Assembly: GCA_963675295.2 (NCBI GenBank)
Contig: CAXXKJ010000002.1
Span: 3,552,001-3,616,000 of the forward strand
Length of the DNA stretch: 64,000 nucleotides
Reading direction: 5' to 3'
DNA from: a bacterium
GTDB lineage: Bacteria; Electryoneota; Electryoneia; Electryoneales; Electryoneaceae
Position numbers and translations under genes: made by a program
Shown: positions 55,589-64,000 of the stretch, in pieces
Layout of the letters: each line of letters begins with the position of its first letter
How positions within the stretch are numbered: position 1 is the first letter of the stretch
The notes under the pieces: model-generated
Told to the model about the DNA's origin: nothing
What the model saw: the letters and a program-made list of their open reading frames with translations, nothing else
Database searches by the model: none

Positions 55589-56629
55589 TCAAAGCCTTTG
55601 GGACAGAAGCTTAGTTATGGTTCCGGTCTTTTCAGTGTAGTGGTTTTCTCGTGTTGATCTCAAGTTTTGTCGTCTTCTTTCCTGCAGTGTTTTCCGTTTG
55701 ATCTCCTCGCGTTTGGTTTGAATTTCGTGGTAGCGGCCGCTGTACATGTCGGCCGGTGTGATGTTGTCCAGCGATTCGTGGACACGTTCGTGGTTGTACC
55801 AAGTGACGAAGGCATCGATCTGATGTCGTAAGTCGTCCGGGAACCAGTAGTTCTGCAGCTTGATAAGGTTCTTCATCGTGCGGTGGTAGCGTTCGATCTT
55901 ACCCTGTGTCATCGGGTGATACGGCTTGCCGCGCGTATGGTCCATCTTCTGATCTGACAGGTACTTCGCCAGTTCTTTCGACACATAGCACGGCCCGTTG
56001 TCCGACAGCAGCCGGGGACGGTGACGCACGGTCACCTGGTCGATTCCGGCATGTTCAAGTGCCAGATCGAGGGTTTCCTTCACGTCATCCGCTGACATGG
56101 TCGTAAACAGCTTCCACGACAGGATGTAGCGGCTGTAATCGTCCATCACCGTCGACAGGTAATACCACCCCCAGCCGACCACCCGGAAGTACGTGAAATC
56201 CGTCTGCCACAGCTCGTTGATCCGGCGGGTCGGATTCTTGAATTTATCCGCCGCCTTCAGCACGATGTAATTCGGGCTGGCAATCAAATCATACGACTTA
56301 AGTATCCGGTATACACTGGATTCCGAGATGTACCAGCCGTGCTCGTCGGTAATGTGCCAGGCCAGTTCACGGGGTGTCTTGTCCGGATGGTCCAGCGCCA
56401 GGTCACGCACCCGTTTCTTCTCCTGATCCGGGATCTTGTTCCAGAACTGGCGCACGACGGGCTTCCGATCGACCAGACCGTCAAAGCCATCATCCACGTA
56501 CTGGCTATACCAGCGATAGAACGTGCTGCGCGGGATGTCCAACTGCTCCAGCGTGCGTTTCACACCCAGATCGGACTGCTCCACCAGACGGATGATTTCC
56601 AGCTTCTCTGAAGCGCTGTGTCGCATCAT
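55589..56629 (-). CDS. IS3-family transposase OrfB (DDE integrase core)
   Basis: WQTDFTY, DDYSR, SDNGPCY, GKIERYHRT.K and YNHERVHESL. Confidence 0.93.
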   Translation of the reverse strand: MMRHSASEKLEIIRLVEQSDLGVKRTLEQLDIPRSTFYRWYSQYVDDGFDGLVDRKPVVRQFWNKIPDQEKKRVRDLALDHPDKTPRELAWHITDEHGWYISESSVYRILKSYDLIASPNYIVLKAADKFKNPTRRINELWQTDFTYFRVVGWGWYYLSTVMDDYSRYILSWKLFTTMSADDVKETLDLALEHAGIDQVTVRHRPRLLSDNGPCYVSKELAKYLSDQKMDHTRGKPYHPMTQGKIERYHRTMKNLIKLQNYWFPDDLRHQIDAFVTWYNHERVHESLDNITPADMYSGRYHEIQTKREEIKRKTLQERRRQNLRSTRENHYTEKTGTITKLLSQRL

Positions 56630-56997
56630 TCGTCCGGGTCGATACCCTGATCGATGCAGCTTTTTTTTAGGTACTGATTCTGCAGATACAGATCCGAAAC
56701 ACCACGCCGAAGCTCTTCGTTTTCACGTTTCAGCTGCTTCACTTCGTCGCTGCTGGCTTCACGTTTCGTGTCGCCCTGCAGACGCTTCTTCCCGGCTTCC
56801 AGAAATTCCTTCGACCAGCTATAATACTGATTTGCGTGAATCTCTTCGATCCGGCACAGCTCGGCGATGCTCATCTCGCCACGCAGACCTTCCAGCACGA
56901 TGCGGATCTTCTCTTCGGACGAAAACTTCCGGCGGGTACGACGCTTCACTTCGCGTACGGCTTCTTCGGATGGCGACTTCTTTGGCCTTGGGCTCAT
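56626..56997 (-). CDS. IS3-family transposase OrfA (HTH)
   Basis: RRKFSSEEKIRIVLEGLRGE.SIAELCR. CTA AAA AAA AGC at 56660-56670 places the -1 frame in register with orfB. Confidence 0.93.
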   Translation of the reverse strand: MSPRPKKSPSEEAVREVKRRTRRKFSSEEKIRIVLEGLRGEMSIAELCRIEEIHANQYYSWSKEFLEAGKKRLQGDTKREASSDEVKQLKRENEELRRGVSDLYLQNQYLKKSCIDQGIDPDE

Positions 56998-57083
56998 GAC
57001 TGACCTCCTCATTCGTCAATCTAAGACCAAAACCATAACTAACTACAGACCTACAAATGTCCCACTTCCTCTGACGTCAGACA

Positions 57084-57461
57084 GTGATGGAGTACCCATG
57101 ATTGACCGCTCCCATCAACATTTTCCCACCAGGATATTTCAAATGCAAAATCAGCTGCGCCTACCACGTCCGTGTCGCCATCGCCATCCATATCGATTGC
57201 GTATATGCTGAACGCTGAGCCAAAGTCGGCATCAATAATGTGTTCCGTGAAGTTCTGCGCACCATCATTTTCCCACCATCCGACCGCATTTGCTGTGTTT
57301 GCAGCACCAACTACATCTACATCACCGTCGCCATCGATGTCTGTGGCATACACATCAAATGCGCCATCGAATCCCTGCGCGATGGTGTGATCTTCCCAAG
57401 TGATAATCGCCGAAGCGACCAATGGGAAAAGGATGGTCAGGACAACTGTCAGCGTACGCAT
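57084..57461 (-). pseudogene. FG-GAP/VCBS-repeat gene truncated by IS3
   Basis: Signal peptide and two DIDGDGD.DV.GAA repeats, then it runs into the IS inverted repeat. Confidence 0.85.
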
Positions 57462-57485
57462 GTTTCCCCCATAGTATCTTAAGAT

Positions 57486-59291
57486 CTACTTCAGCAACAT
57501 AGCTTTTTGGACAATGGCAGCCTGGTCTTTTGTCGTCGCACGAATCAGGTACAGCCCGGAAGCTTGACCTTCGGCGTTGAATGTCAGCTGATGCAAACCG
57601 GCTGTGAACTGACCGTCCGCGAGCACAGCGACTTGCTGACCCACGATGTTGAAGACTTCAACCTTCAGGTCTGCGGATCTTGGCAGGATCACCGTGATCG
57701 ATGTGGACGGATTGAACGGATTGGGGTAAGCCCCACTGACACGGAATTCCGTGGGAATCAGCTCCACAGGAATCTCCTCGGCGATCTCCCAGATCACTCG
57801 CCCATCCCAACTGTTATCGATGGATCCCGGATCAGCGCCTTCCTTCATGAATTCGAACGAATCGCTAATGTTTATACCGCCTGGATAACCCACGTACCCG
57901 ACGAATTCATAGCCGCCAGCTGGTGCAAAACCAGGTATGCTCTGGGTAAACCCCGTTCCTGTGTAATCCATGAACGGAAGTAACGTGAAGATGTGTTGGT
58001 GTGGAGGTGAAACGATATCGCCGTCAGGAAGAATTACATTCGTCCAGTAGTAGACTCCCGGATAGGTATTCGGTAACGTGCTTACCAGATGTGCGTCGTA
58101 GACAAGTGTTCCACCTTCAGCGGGGATTGTTGCTGATGATGTCAGCGTAAGGGTGAGTTGAACCGGATACGGTACTTGCTCCCACCATGTGATCGAATTT
58201 TCAAACTGGGCAGCCCCGACAACGTCTGGATCACCATCCTGGTCCAAATCGGTCGCAACTACGCAACGGGCACCGTTGAAATTACCATCGATCGTATGTT
58301 TGACCCAGTTCTGACTATCACCATCTAAATCTTCCCACCAAGTGATGTCGTCTGCGAACGCCGCTGCGCCCAGCACATCAATATCACCATCGCCATCTAT
58401 GTCTTCCGCTGTGACAGACCAGGCCCCGTTGTAATTGCCATCAACTGTGTGTTTTTCCCACAAGCTGCCATCACCGTTGACGTTCTTCCACCAGGCGATT
58501 TCGTCAGCCTGATATGCTGCACCAAGCACATCAAGATACCCGTCCAGATCGACATCCGTTGTATGAATGAAATACGCCCCAGTGAATTCAGCATTGACAA
58601 CGTGTCCAGACCAGGTGATGCCATCACCATCAACGTTTTCCCACCAAGACAATTCACTTGCGAGGGACGCTGACCCAAGTATGTCAAGATCGCCGTCCAA
58701 GTCTACGTCCGCAGCAATGGCGCAATTGGCGCCGTCAAATCCAGTAGCAACGTTGTGTGGAATCCAAGACTGACCATCGCCTTCAACGTTTTCGTACCAT
58801 TTGATCTCATCCCCGACCCAAGCTGCACCGATCACGTCCTGATCCCCATCCCCATCAATATCAGCTGCCCGTGCTGATTCGGCGTTGACCAGATTTGTTT
58901 CGATGGAATGCTTTACCCAGCTCGTGCCCATCCCATCTAGATTTTCCCACCAGGCTATTTCGTTCAAAGCGTCTGCAGATGCGACTATGTCAATGTCACC
59001 GTCACCGTCGATATCGGCTGCATCTGGACTTGTGGCACCTGTGAATGCTGTATCTATTGTACAAGGGGACCACTCCAAGCCTGACCCGTCGAGATTGCTG
59101 TACCAGACCACATCATTACCGTAATAGGCTGTTCCGATTACGTCGAGTGTTCCATCGGAATTCACATCAGCAACGCAGACTTCAAACGCCCCTTCCAATC
59201 CTGCATCGATGATATGATCTTCCCACATCACCTGGCCCATGGAGGCAACGGGGAGCGACAAGAGGATGAGAATGAACATATACGTGCGCAT
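57486..59291 (-). CDS. FG-GAP/VCBS seven-repeat beta-propeller with Ig-like domain and T9SS-type-A-like CTD
   Basis: Seven D.DGDGD.D..GAA...I.WWEN repeats; AYPNPFNP...QKAMLLK. Confidence 0.9.
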   Translation of the reverse strand: MRTYMFILILLSLPVASMGQVMWEDHIIDAGLEGAFEVCVADVNSDGTLDVIGTAYYGNDVVWYSNLDGSGLEWSPCTIDTAFTGATSPDAADIDGDGDIDIVASADALNEIAWWENLDGMGTSWVKHSIETNLVNAESARAADIDGDGDQDVIGAAWVGDEIKWYENVEGDGQSWIPHNVATGFDGANCAIAADVDLDGDLDILGSASLASELSWWENVDGDGITWSGHVVNAEFTGAYFIHTTDVDLDGYLDVLGAAYQADEIAWWKNVNGDGSLWEKHTVDGNYNGAWSVTAEDIDGDGDIDVLGAAAFADDITWWEDLDGDSQNWVKHTIDGNFNGARCVVATDLDQDGDPDVVGAAQFENSITWWEQVPYPVQLTLTLTSSATIPAEGGTLVYDAHLVSTLPNTYPGVYYWTNVILPDGDIVSPPHQHIFTLLPFMDYTGTGFTQSIPGFAPAGGYEFVGYVGYPGGINISDSFEFMKEGADPGSIDNSWDGRVIWEIAEEIPVELIPTEFRVSGAYPNPFNPSTSITVILPRSADLKVEVFNIVGQQVAVLADGQFTAGLHQLTFNAEGQASGLYLIRATTKDQAAIVQKAMLLK

Positions 59292-59458
59292 GGTAAATCC
59301 CCCTACGAGACGAGCAATTTGTCAACGTTGACGTAGAAGATAATGCACCCGGTTAGAAATATCATCAATTCAGCGGATATTTATGGATTGGGACTTGCTC
59401 CCGGAGACCATCGAAAAAAGCTGTGGAAAGTGGTGTAGAAACTGGGGTGGTGTGGACA

Positions 59459-59704
59459 TCACCCAGTATTCCGCCGATTCTGCCACAGCTCTTCCAGCAG
59501 CGCCTCCACCTGCTTCTCCTGAAACGCCGTTGATCCGGGCGTGTAGGACGCGTGTGCACCAGGCAAATCTTCTGCATACGCAGGTTCGATACGCGCTTTT
59601 TCTTCGTTGTTTTTCTTGAATTTAGAAATCTGGATTCCCAGTGCGCGTAGCAAACGTGCGCGTTCTTTTTGTTGTTGTTTTGTGTCGCCGAAATCCAGTC
59701 TCAT
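59459..59704 (-). CDS. Small hypothetical protein
   Basis: ATGA overlap with the upstream gene and GGAGG RBS. Confidence 0.5.
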   Translation of the reverse strand: MRLDFGDTKQQQKERARLLRALGIQISKFKKNNEEKARIEPAYAEDLPGAHASYTPGSTAFQEKQVEALLEELWQNRRNTG

Positions 59705-60207
59705 AGCGCCTCCACCAGTTCATCCAGAAATCCCAGTGCGAGGTCTCGCAGCAAAGCAACGTTCAGTGCCCGGCGTATCTGCGGTAGATTTATCGAGTAC
59801 CGCACCTTCAGATATTGCCCGTCCAGTTTCGTGAGAGCCAGCACGTGAAACTGGTACTCCTGGTCGGGCTGGTTCTGCACGAAAAACCAGCTGATATAAA
59901 ACTGGTGCTGATCGTACTTCAGTATCTGGAGGTTCAGTAGCTTGACGAAATAGCGGTACTCGTCTTCGGAATCCAGGATTTCGTTCACACAGGAGAAGTA
60001 GTGTGGTAGGATGTCTGGCGTATCATCCGCACCCGCGTATTCGCAGATGTTCGCATGGCACCGGTGTCCGTCGTCGTAATGAATTTCAATTCCAGTAGAT
60101 GGGTCGGCGTATTCGGTTCGACCCTGGTATGACAGACTTGCGATATCCAACGGTAGGGGAATATCGGTGCCAGGCAGATGGGGTTGTTGTTTTTTGTTTT
60201 CTTGCAT
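59701..60207 (-). CDS. Hypothetical protein
   Basis: ATG at 60207 follows AAAGGA; coupled to the downstream ORF. Confidence 0.6.
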   Translation of the reverse strand: MQENKKQQPHLPGTDIPLPLDIASLSYQGRTEYADPSTGIEIHYDDGHRCHANICEYAGADDTPDILPHYFSCVNEILDSEDEYRYFVKLLNLQILKYDQHQFYISWFFVQNQPDQEYQFHVLALTKLDGQYLKVRYSINLPQIRRALNVALLRDLALGFLDELVEAL

Positions 60208-60609
60208 TGGTATTCCTTTTGATAGATTTGTTTTGTTTTTTGTGTTGTGCCACCCCACCCCCAGCTGATCCCATCCTGATACTGCTAGTGCGAGTTCGCG
60301 ACGCGCGAGCGCGGCGCAGCGAAACAACACAACAAAACAAGTTGTGAAAATCAACCTTTCGCAGAATCGGTACCCCGGTGGAAAATACCGGATCGAGGAA
60401 ATACGGCTAAGATCTAGTACCTGTGGAGCCCCGGGGCCGAACGCGTAACTATATATTATTACCAGAATTTTTCGCAGGGGCACATAGGGCGGTTTGACCG
60501 GCACTTTCCATAAAATTCCCTTTAAATCCCTACGTATACGAAGTTACAGAACAAGGCGCCTGATCCGACCCAAGCGCCCCAACACAACAACAAACAAAAC
60601 AGCGTATCG

Positions 60610-63159
60610 TCAGAATGGCAGGTTGTCCTGGTGATCCTGCCTGCCGGTTTGGTCAACGCTACCGCTACGATCCGGTAGCAGGCTGATCCCCTTCCATCCA
60701 CGCGTCTTGTTACCCAGCAACTGACGCTGCTCGGGTTCACACCCCAATTCACGTAGACTGGACGCAAGCTTCCTGTCTGACAGGAAGACAGTACCATTTT
60801 TTTCGCGCCATTCACCGTAGGCTGATCGTACGTTCGACGTAGCTTCCCAGAAGTTCGGATCATTCAGATCAAGCTGACAGTAATCCGCAATGAAGTCCTT
60901 CAAGGGATTCATTTCCGCACGGTATTCTTCCGTTGCGCGCGTGACTACTGCTGGGATTTGCAACCTGTTCTGTTGCCAATCAAGGCATCCCTGCACAGCC
61001 CACGCCAGAATTGCTGATCCCGCTACATTCGGGTCCACAAGTTGTGCTTTCAACTTCGGATCACGCTTCGATTCCGGCACAACTTTATCGAACGGTACAC
61101 GCAGGATGCGTCGCCACATGGCAGCATCACTGGATTTCACGTCAGGAGCATCGTTCGCAACCAGCCATAGTTTGAACGTCGGCAAGAATTCGAACGCTTC
61201 CTTATACAGAAACCTTGCAGTCACAACTTCCCCACCAGTAATAGACTTGACCAGACCTTCTGCCAATGCCTTACCTTCATCGACTTCCCCAGAAGCAACG
61301 AAGCGTGATCCCACGAGACGTGCGATATCATTTCGTGTTCCACCGGTACTTTTGCGTTTCAGGAAGGTTTCAAAATCAGCTTTGCAGCCATAATTGCCTA
61401 ACGCGACCCGAATCGCTTCTATGAATGTGCTTTTTCCTGCTGCGGTGGGACCATGGACGAAAAACAACACTTCTTCGCTGGCATCGCCGGTGAATGAATA
61501 TCCAACTGCACGTTGCAGGAACGCCTGCAAGTCTTTGTCACCATCAGTAGCATCATCCAGAAACTGTTCCCACAGTGGTAATTTCGCTGCCAGTCCCTGC
61601 CATTCGACCGGTGCCAGCTTGGTAATCATGTTGTTGCGGTCATGGTCCAGCATATCACCAGTTCGAAGGTCGACTGTTCCGTTCTTGACGTTCAGCAACC
61701 AGTGCGACTGGTCGAAATCATCCACCGTGGACGCGATCCCTTCTTCGCTACCGGCCAGGTTGACCATCGCCTTCAATCGGAATTCGGATTCCGACTGCAG
61801 AATCCACTTCATCGCTTTTTCGCGGTCATCCGAATCTGGGATCTGTTCCGCTTCCAACAACATCTTGCGTACTGTGTGCTTCGCACGACGCATGATTTCT
61901 GCTGTGTCATCTGCCTTCCAGCGACAACCATCCCAGATAAACCACGTTCTTTGGCTGGTGCAGTAACGAATGTCGTCCCCGTGACGAGCGGCCAGACGTT
62001 CGGCATTGCCCAGGTCCGTCAACGGGTATCGTTGACGATCCAGCCATCCGGGTTCGACGATATCGCGTAGATCGTGCCACCCCTTGCCCTGGCAGCCGTT
62101 GTGATGGCAACCCGCGCCGATTGCGCCATCTTCGCGCTGAACGATGAACGCACTGCCGTTCGTGTGATCAGAATTCCACGGGCAGACGTGCATCACCCAT
62201 CGTTTACCCGTCGCCTGTCTGTTTTGTTGTGTGTCGTAGTAGCCCCACGGTTGTGGGCCGGACAACGCGAACTGGGATAGCTGACCCTGATGATTTTCAA
62301 TCCATTTCAGCAGATCGAAGTTACCGCGATACGTCTTGAACGATAGCACAGATAGGGATGCTTGCGCTGTGACCGCCGGTTCCACAGCTTTCAGCTGATC
62401 ATCCGTGACAACCTGGATTTCGTCAGGCGTTTCATCCCATAGGATGTGGCTTTGACGATGCGGACGTTCAGGGGTGTCTTCACCTTTTCTCGCCCAGGTA
62501 CCGTACAGACGCCAGATTCTGGCTGGGTTCGCCACGGACGTATCGATGACAACAGCATCCGTGTTAAACTGCCGTGCCAGGTCTTCCAGAATTAGCTTGA
62601 TTCGGATGGAATCGCTGATCGGTAGATCAACACGGTACATCAAGTGGTTACCGTTACCCGAATCCGCAAAGACTGGATCCGGCCATCCCTGATCTCGCAG
62701 GTGTTGACGGACCGTATTTGCTAGATCAAAGGCAAGTGAGTGTTCAGCTTCGGTGGATGATGTGTCCGTGTCACGCACTGGATCGAAATCTATCAGCAGC
62801 CAGTGGATTCGCTGGATATCACCGTCACCAGCCGACATTCCTTGCTCGGCAGGCTGTATCTGGTTCGGAGATCGTTCCAGTAAATCAGGTTTAACGGGAT
62901 TAGGGGTGAAATAAACACCGTAGGCGTGTTCGCCGATGCTAACAGCTTCCTTCGCCATAGCTTCAGGGTCCGTGAAAAATCCAGCGTGTGTGCGCGTTTT
63001 GCCCGTTTCAAGGTCTCGTACCCTTAGGGCGCGTAGTTCGCTGACCTGTCCCTGCTGACAGATAAGTTGGATTGATTTTTCAATATCATTCGGTGCAACA
63101 TTACAGTAAGATTGTTTTTGTATTTTATTTCCAGCATTAGTACTAAGTCTAGTTTTCAT
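60610..63159 (-). CDS. AEP-type primase + Zn-binding domain + D5/P4-family SF3 helicase
   Basis: LLIDFD, DSGNGNH and NPARIWRLYGT (AEP motifs); CP...H...CHH..C; TDLGNAERL (D5_N); GPTAAGKST; K.ITGGE...ARFLY and WRRI..VPF. Confidence 0.92.
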   Translation of the reverse strand: MKTRLSTNAGNKIQKQSYCNVAPNDIEKSIQLICQQGQVSELRALRVRDLETGKTRTHAGFFTDPEAMAKEAVSIGEHAYGVYFTPNPVKPDLLERSPNQIQPAEQGMSAGDGDIQRIHWLLIDFDPVRDTDTSSTEAEHSLAFDLANTVRQHLRDQGWPDPVFADSGNGNHLMYRVDLPISDSIRIKLILEDLARQFNTDAVVIDTSVANPARIWRLYGTWARKGEDTPERPHRQSHILWDETPDEIQVVTDDQLKAVEPAVTAQASLSVLSFKTYRGNFDLLKWIENHQGQLSQFALSGPQPWGYYDTQQNRQATGKRWVMHVCPWNSDHTNGSAFIVQREDGAIGAGCHHNGCQGKGWHDLRDIVEPGWLDRQRYPLTDLGNAERLAARHGDDIRYCTSQRTWFIWDGCRWKADDTAEIMRRAKHTVRKMLLEAEQIPDSDDREKAMKWILQSESEFRLKAMVNLAGSEEGIASTVDDFDQSHWLLNVKNGTVDLRTGDMLDHDRNNMITKLAPVEWQGLAAKLPLWEQFLDDATDGDKDLQAFLQRAVGYSFTGDASEEVLFFVHGPTAAGKSTFIEAIRVALGNYGCKADFETFLKRKSTGGTRNDIARLVGSRFVASGEVDEGKALAEGLVKSITGGEVVTARFLYKEAFEFLPTFKLWLVANDAPDVKSSDAAMWRRILRVPFDKVVPESKRDPKLKAQLVDPNVAGSAILAWAVQGCLDWQQNRLQIPAVVTRATEEYRAEMNPLKDFIADYCQLDLNDPNFWEATSNVRSAYGEWREKNGTVFLSDRKLASSLRELGCEPEQRQLLGNKTRGWKGISLLPDRSGSVDQTGRQDHQDNLPF

Positions 63160-63175
63160 AAATTATTCCTTTGGT

Positions 63176-63361
63176 TTAACCTTTAATATCCCAGCCATCA
63201 AGATATTCATCTTCATATCTTTCGTTTTGTAGTCCGTAATCCCGTTGACAGGCATCATACCAGTCTTCTTCAGTGTCATACAGATTCTGTTTCAACCATT
63301 CAGGCTTTTTCTGATTCTTGTTCTTGGGTTCATCCCTCTGCTTCGATTTTTTCCATTTCAT
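63176..63361 (-). CDS. Small hypothetical protein
   Basis: Co-oriented just upstream of the primase gene. Confidence 0.45.
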   Translation of the reverse strand: MKWKKSKQRDEPKNKNQKKPEWLKQNLYDTEEDWYDACQRDYGLQNERYEDEYLDGWDIKG

Positions 63362-63572
63362 AATAAATCCTTGGTTTATTTTCGTTTAAGTAGTAGATAC
63401 GCTTGATGTGATCAACTTGTCGTCGACTGATACCGTATCTGTTCTGGATGTAGCGCCGTGATAAATCCATATCCAGGGCACGGCATACATTGCTACAAAG
63501 TCTTGTGTCTTCCAGTACTTCCGCTGTCGTGGTATGTAGTCCCATTGGTTTTGTCCTTAGTTCGTTCAACAT
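63330..63572 (-). CDS. Small HTH-like protein (possible regulator or excisionase)
   Basis: SRRYIQNRYGISRRQVDHIKR helix-turn-helix-like segment, upstream of the primase. Confidence 0.45.
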   Translation of the reverse strand: MLNELRTKPMGLHTTTAEVLEDTRLCSNVCRALDMDLSRRYIQNRYGISRRQVDHIKRIYYLNENKPRIYYEMEKIEAEG

Positions 63573-63785
63573 TCAGTAGTTTGCTTTCCAGTATCGGTGC
63601 ATGTCATCCCGACAAAAACCGCCGTAGCGGTGTCTGCCGTAGACTTTGTTCAATACTGGAAAAGATATGTAATATCTGATAATTGTATTATAACATATTT
63701 TGGTTTATTTGTCAATAGCTGGACAAAAATATACCGGAACGCGTGAAAGTCGAATACGACGAAATAAAGATGTTACTACCCACCA

Positions 63786-63867
63786 AATGTCGGAATGTCG
63801 GAATGTCGGAATGTCGGAATTTAGCTGTCCTGGGTCGGCGCGGGTTATAGATATCGCCCGACATTCC
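63786..63867. repeat. 8-bp tandem repeat (AATGTCGG) x4 plus an inverted copy
   Basis: Tandem at 63786-63817; CCGACATTCC at 63858-63867. Confidence 0.85.
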
Positions 63868-64000
63868 TACACCCCTATTCGGATGCCTTGATTTAGAAAT
63901 TCGGGAGTCGAGGTTTCGTCAACTACCAAGCGGGATACAGCAAATGATGATTCCCTAAAATACATGATCAAGCCTCTCACCAGATACCGCGTCCATGTGC

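Larger units (their letters stand above)
55580..57083 (-). mobile_element. IS3-family insertion sequence (1504 bp)
   Basis: Imperfect 26-bp IRs TGTATGTCTTCAAAGCCTTTGGGACA / TGTCTGACGTCAGAGGAAGTGGGACA; orfA/orfB with an A8 slippery site. Confidence 0.9.
46171..64000. mobile_element. tRNA-Leu-integrated genomic island (satellite/ICE-like); right end outside the window
   Basis: Integrase next to the tRNA 3' end, abrupt compositional shift, primase-D5 helicase, DUF932 and PD-(D/E)XK genes; no capsid or T4SS genes seen. Confidence 0.85.

Noticed and set aside
53135-59291. Diversity-generating retroelement acting on the VCBS paralogues
   Set aside because: No reverse transcriptase and no TR/VR pair differing only at adenines were seen
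60208-60504. N-terminal extension of ORF 59701-60504
   Set aside because: It spans low-complexity repeats; the ATG at 60207 has the better RBS
46171-64000. Complete prophage
   Set aside because: No terminase, capsid, tail or lysis genes in the visible part

Overview
Bacterial window, GC-rich over about 1-46,000, from an FCB-group organism. Many secreted proteins end in a 'PNPFNP...K.xLxK' T9SS-type-A-like C-terminal domain; a more specific lineage such as Electryoneota/AABM5-125-24 is only an inference. Bases 1-46,000 are backbone or semi-accessory: secreted CTD proteins, iorAB+buk, a TagF-like pair, a MacB-type ABC transporter, ogt, sufE, a CapA-family protein, an IS200-type tnpA inserted in a VCBS gene, and several REP-like intergenic repeat families. 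At tRNA-Leu(TAG) (46089-46170) an integrative element begins and runs past the window end. It contains an AT-rich tyrosine integrase, an AEP primase-D5/P4 helicase, VCBS/CTD cargo genes and an IS3-family element. The most notable feature is a ~976-aa single polypeptide fusing a spore-photoproduct-lyase-like radical SAM domain to a near-complete MCM-family helicase module (OB fold, AAA+, C-terminal HTH). It is transcribed divergently from a tight operon encoding a DUF932-like protein, an Fe-S PD-(D/E)XK nuclease with a probable ATC start, an unknown protein and a 33-aa peptide. All calls come from motif recognition by eye; no database searches were run.
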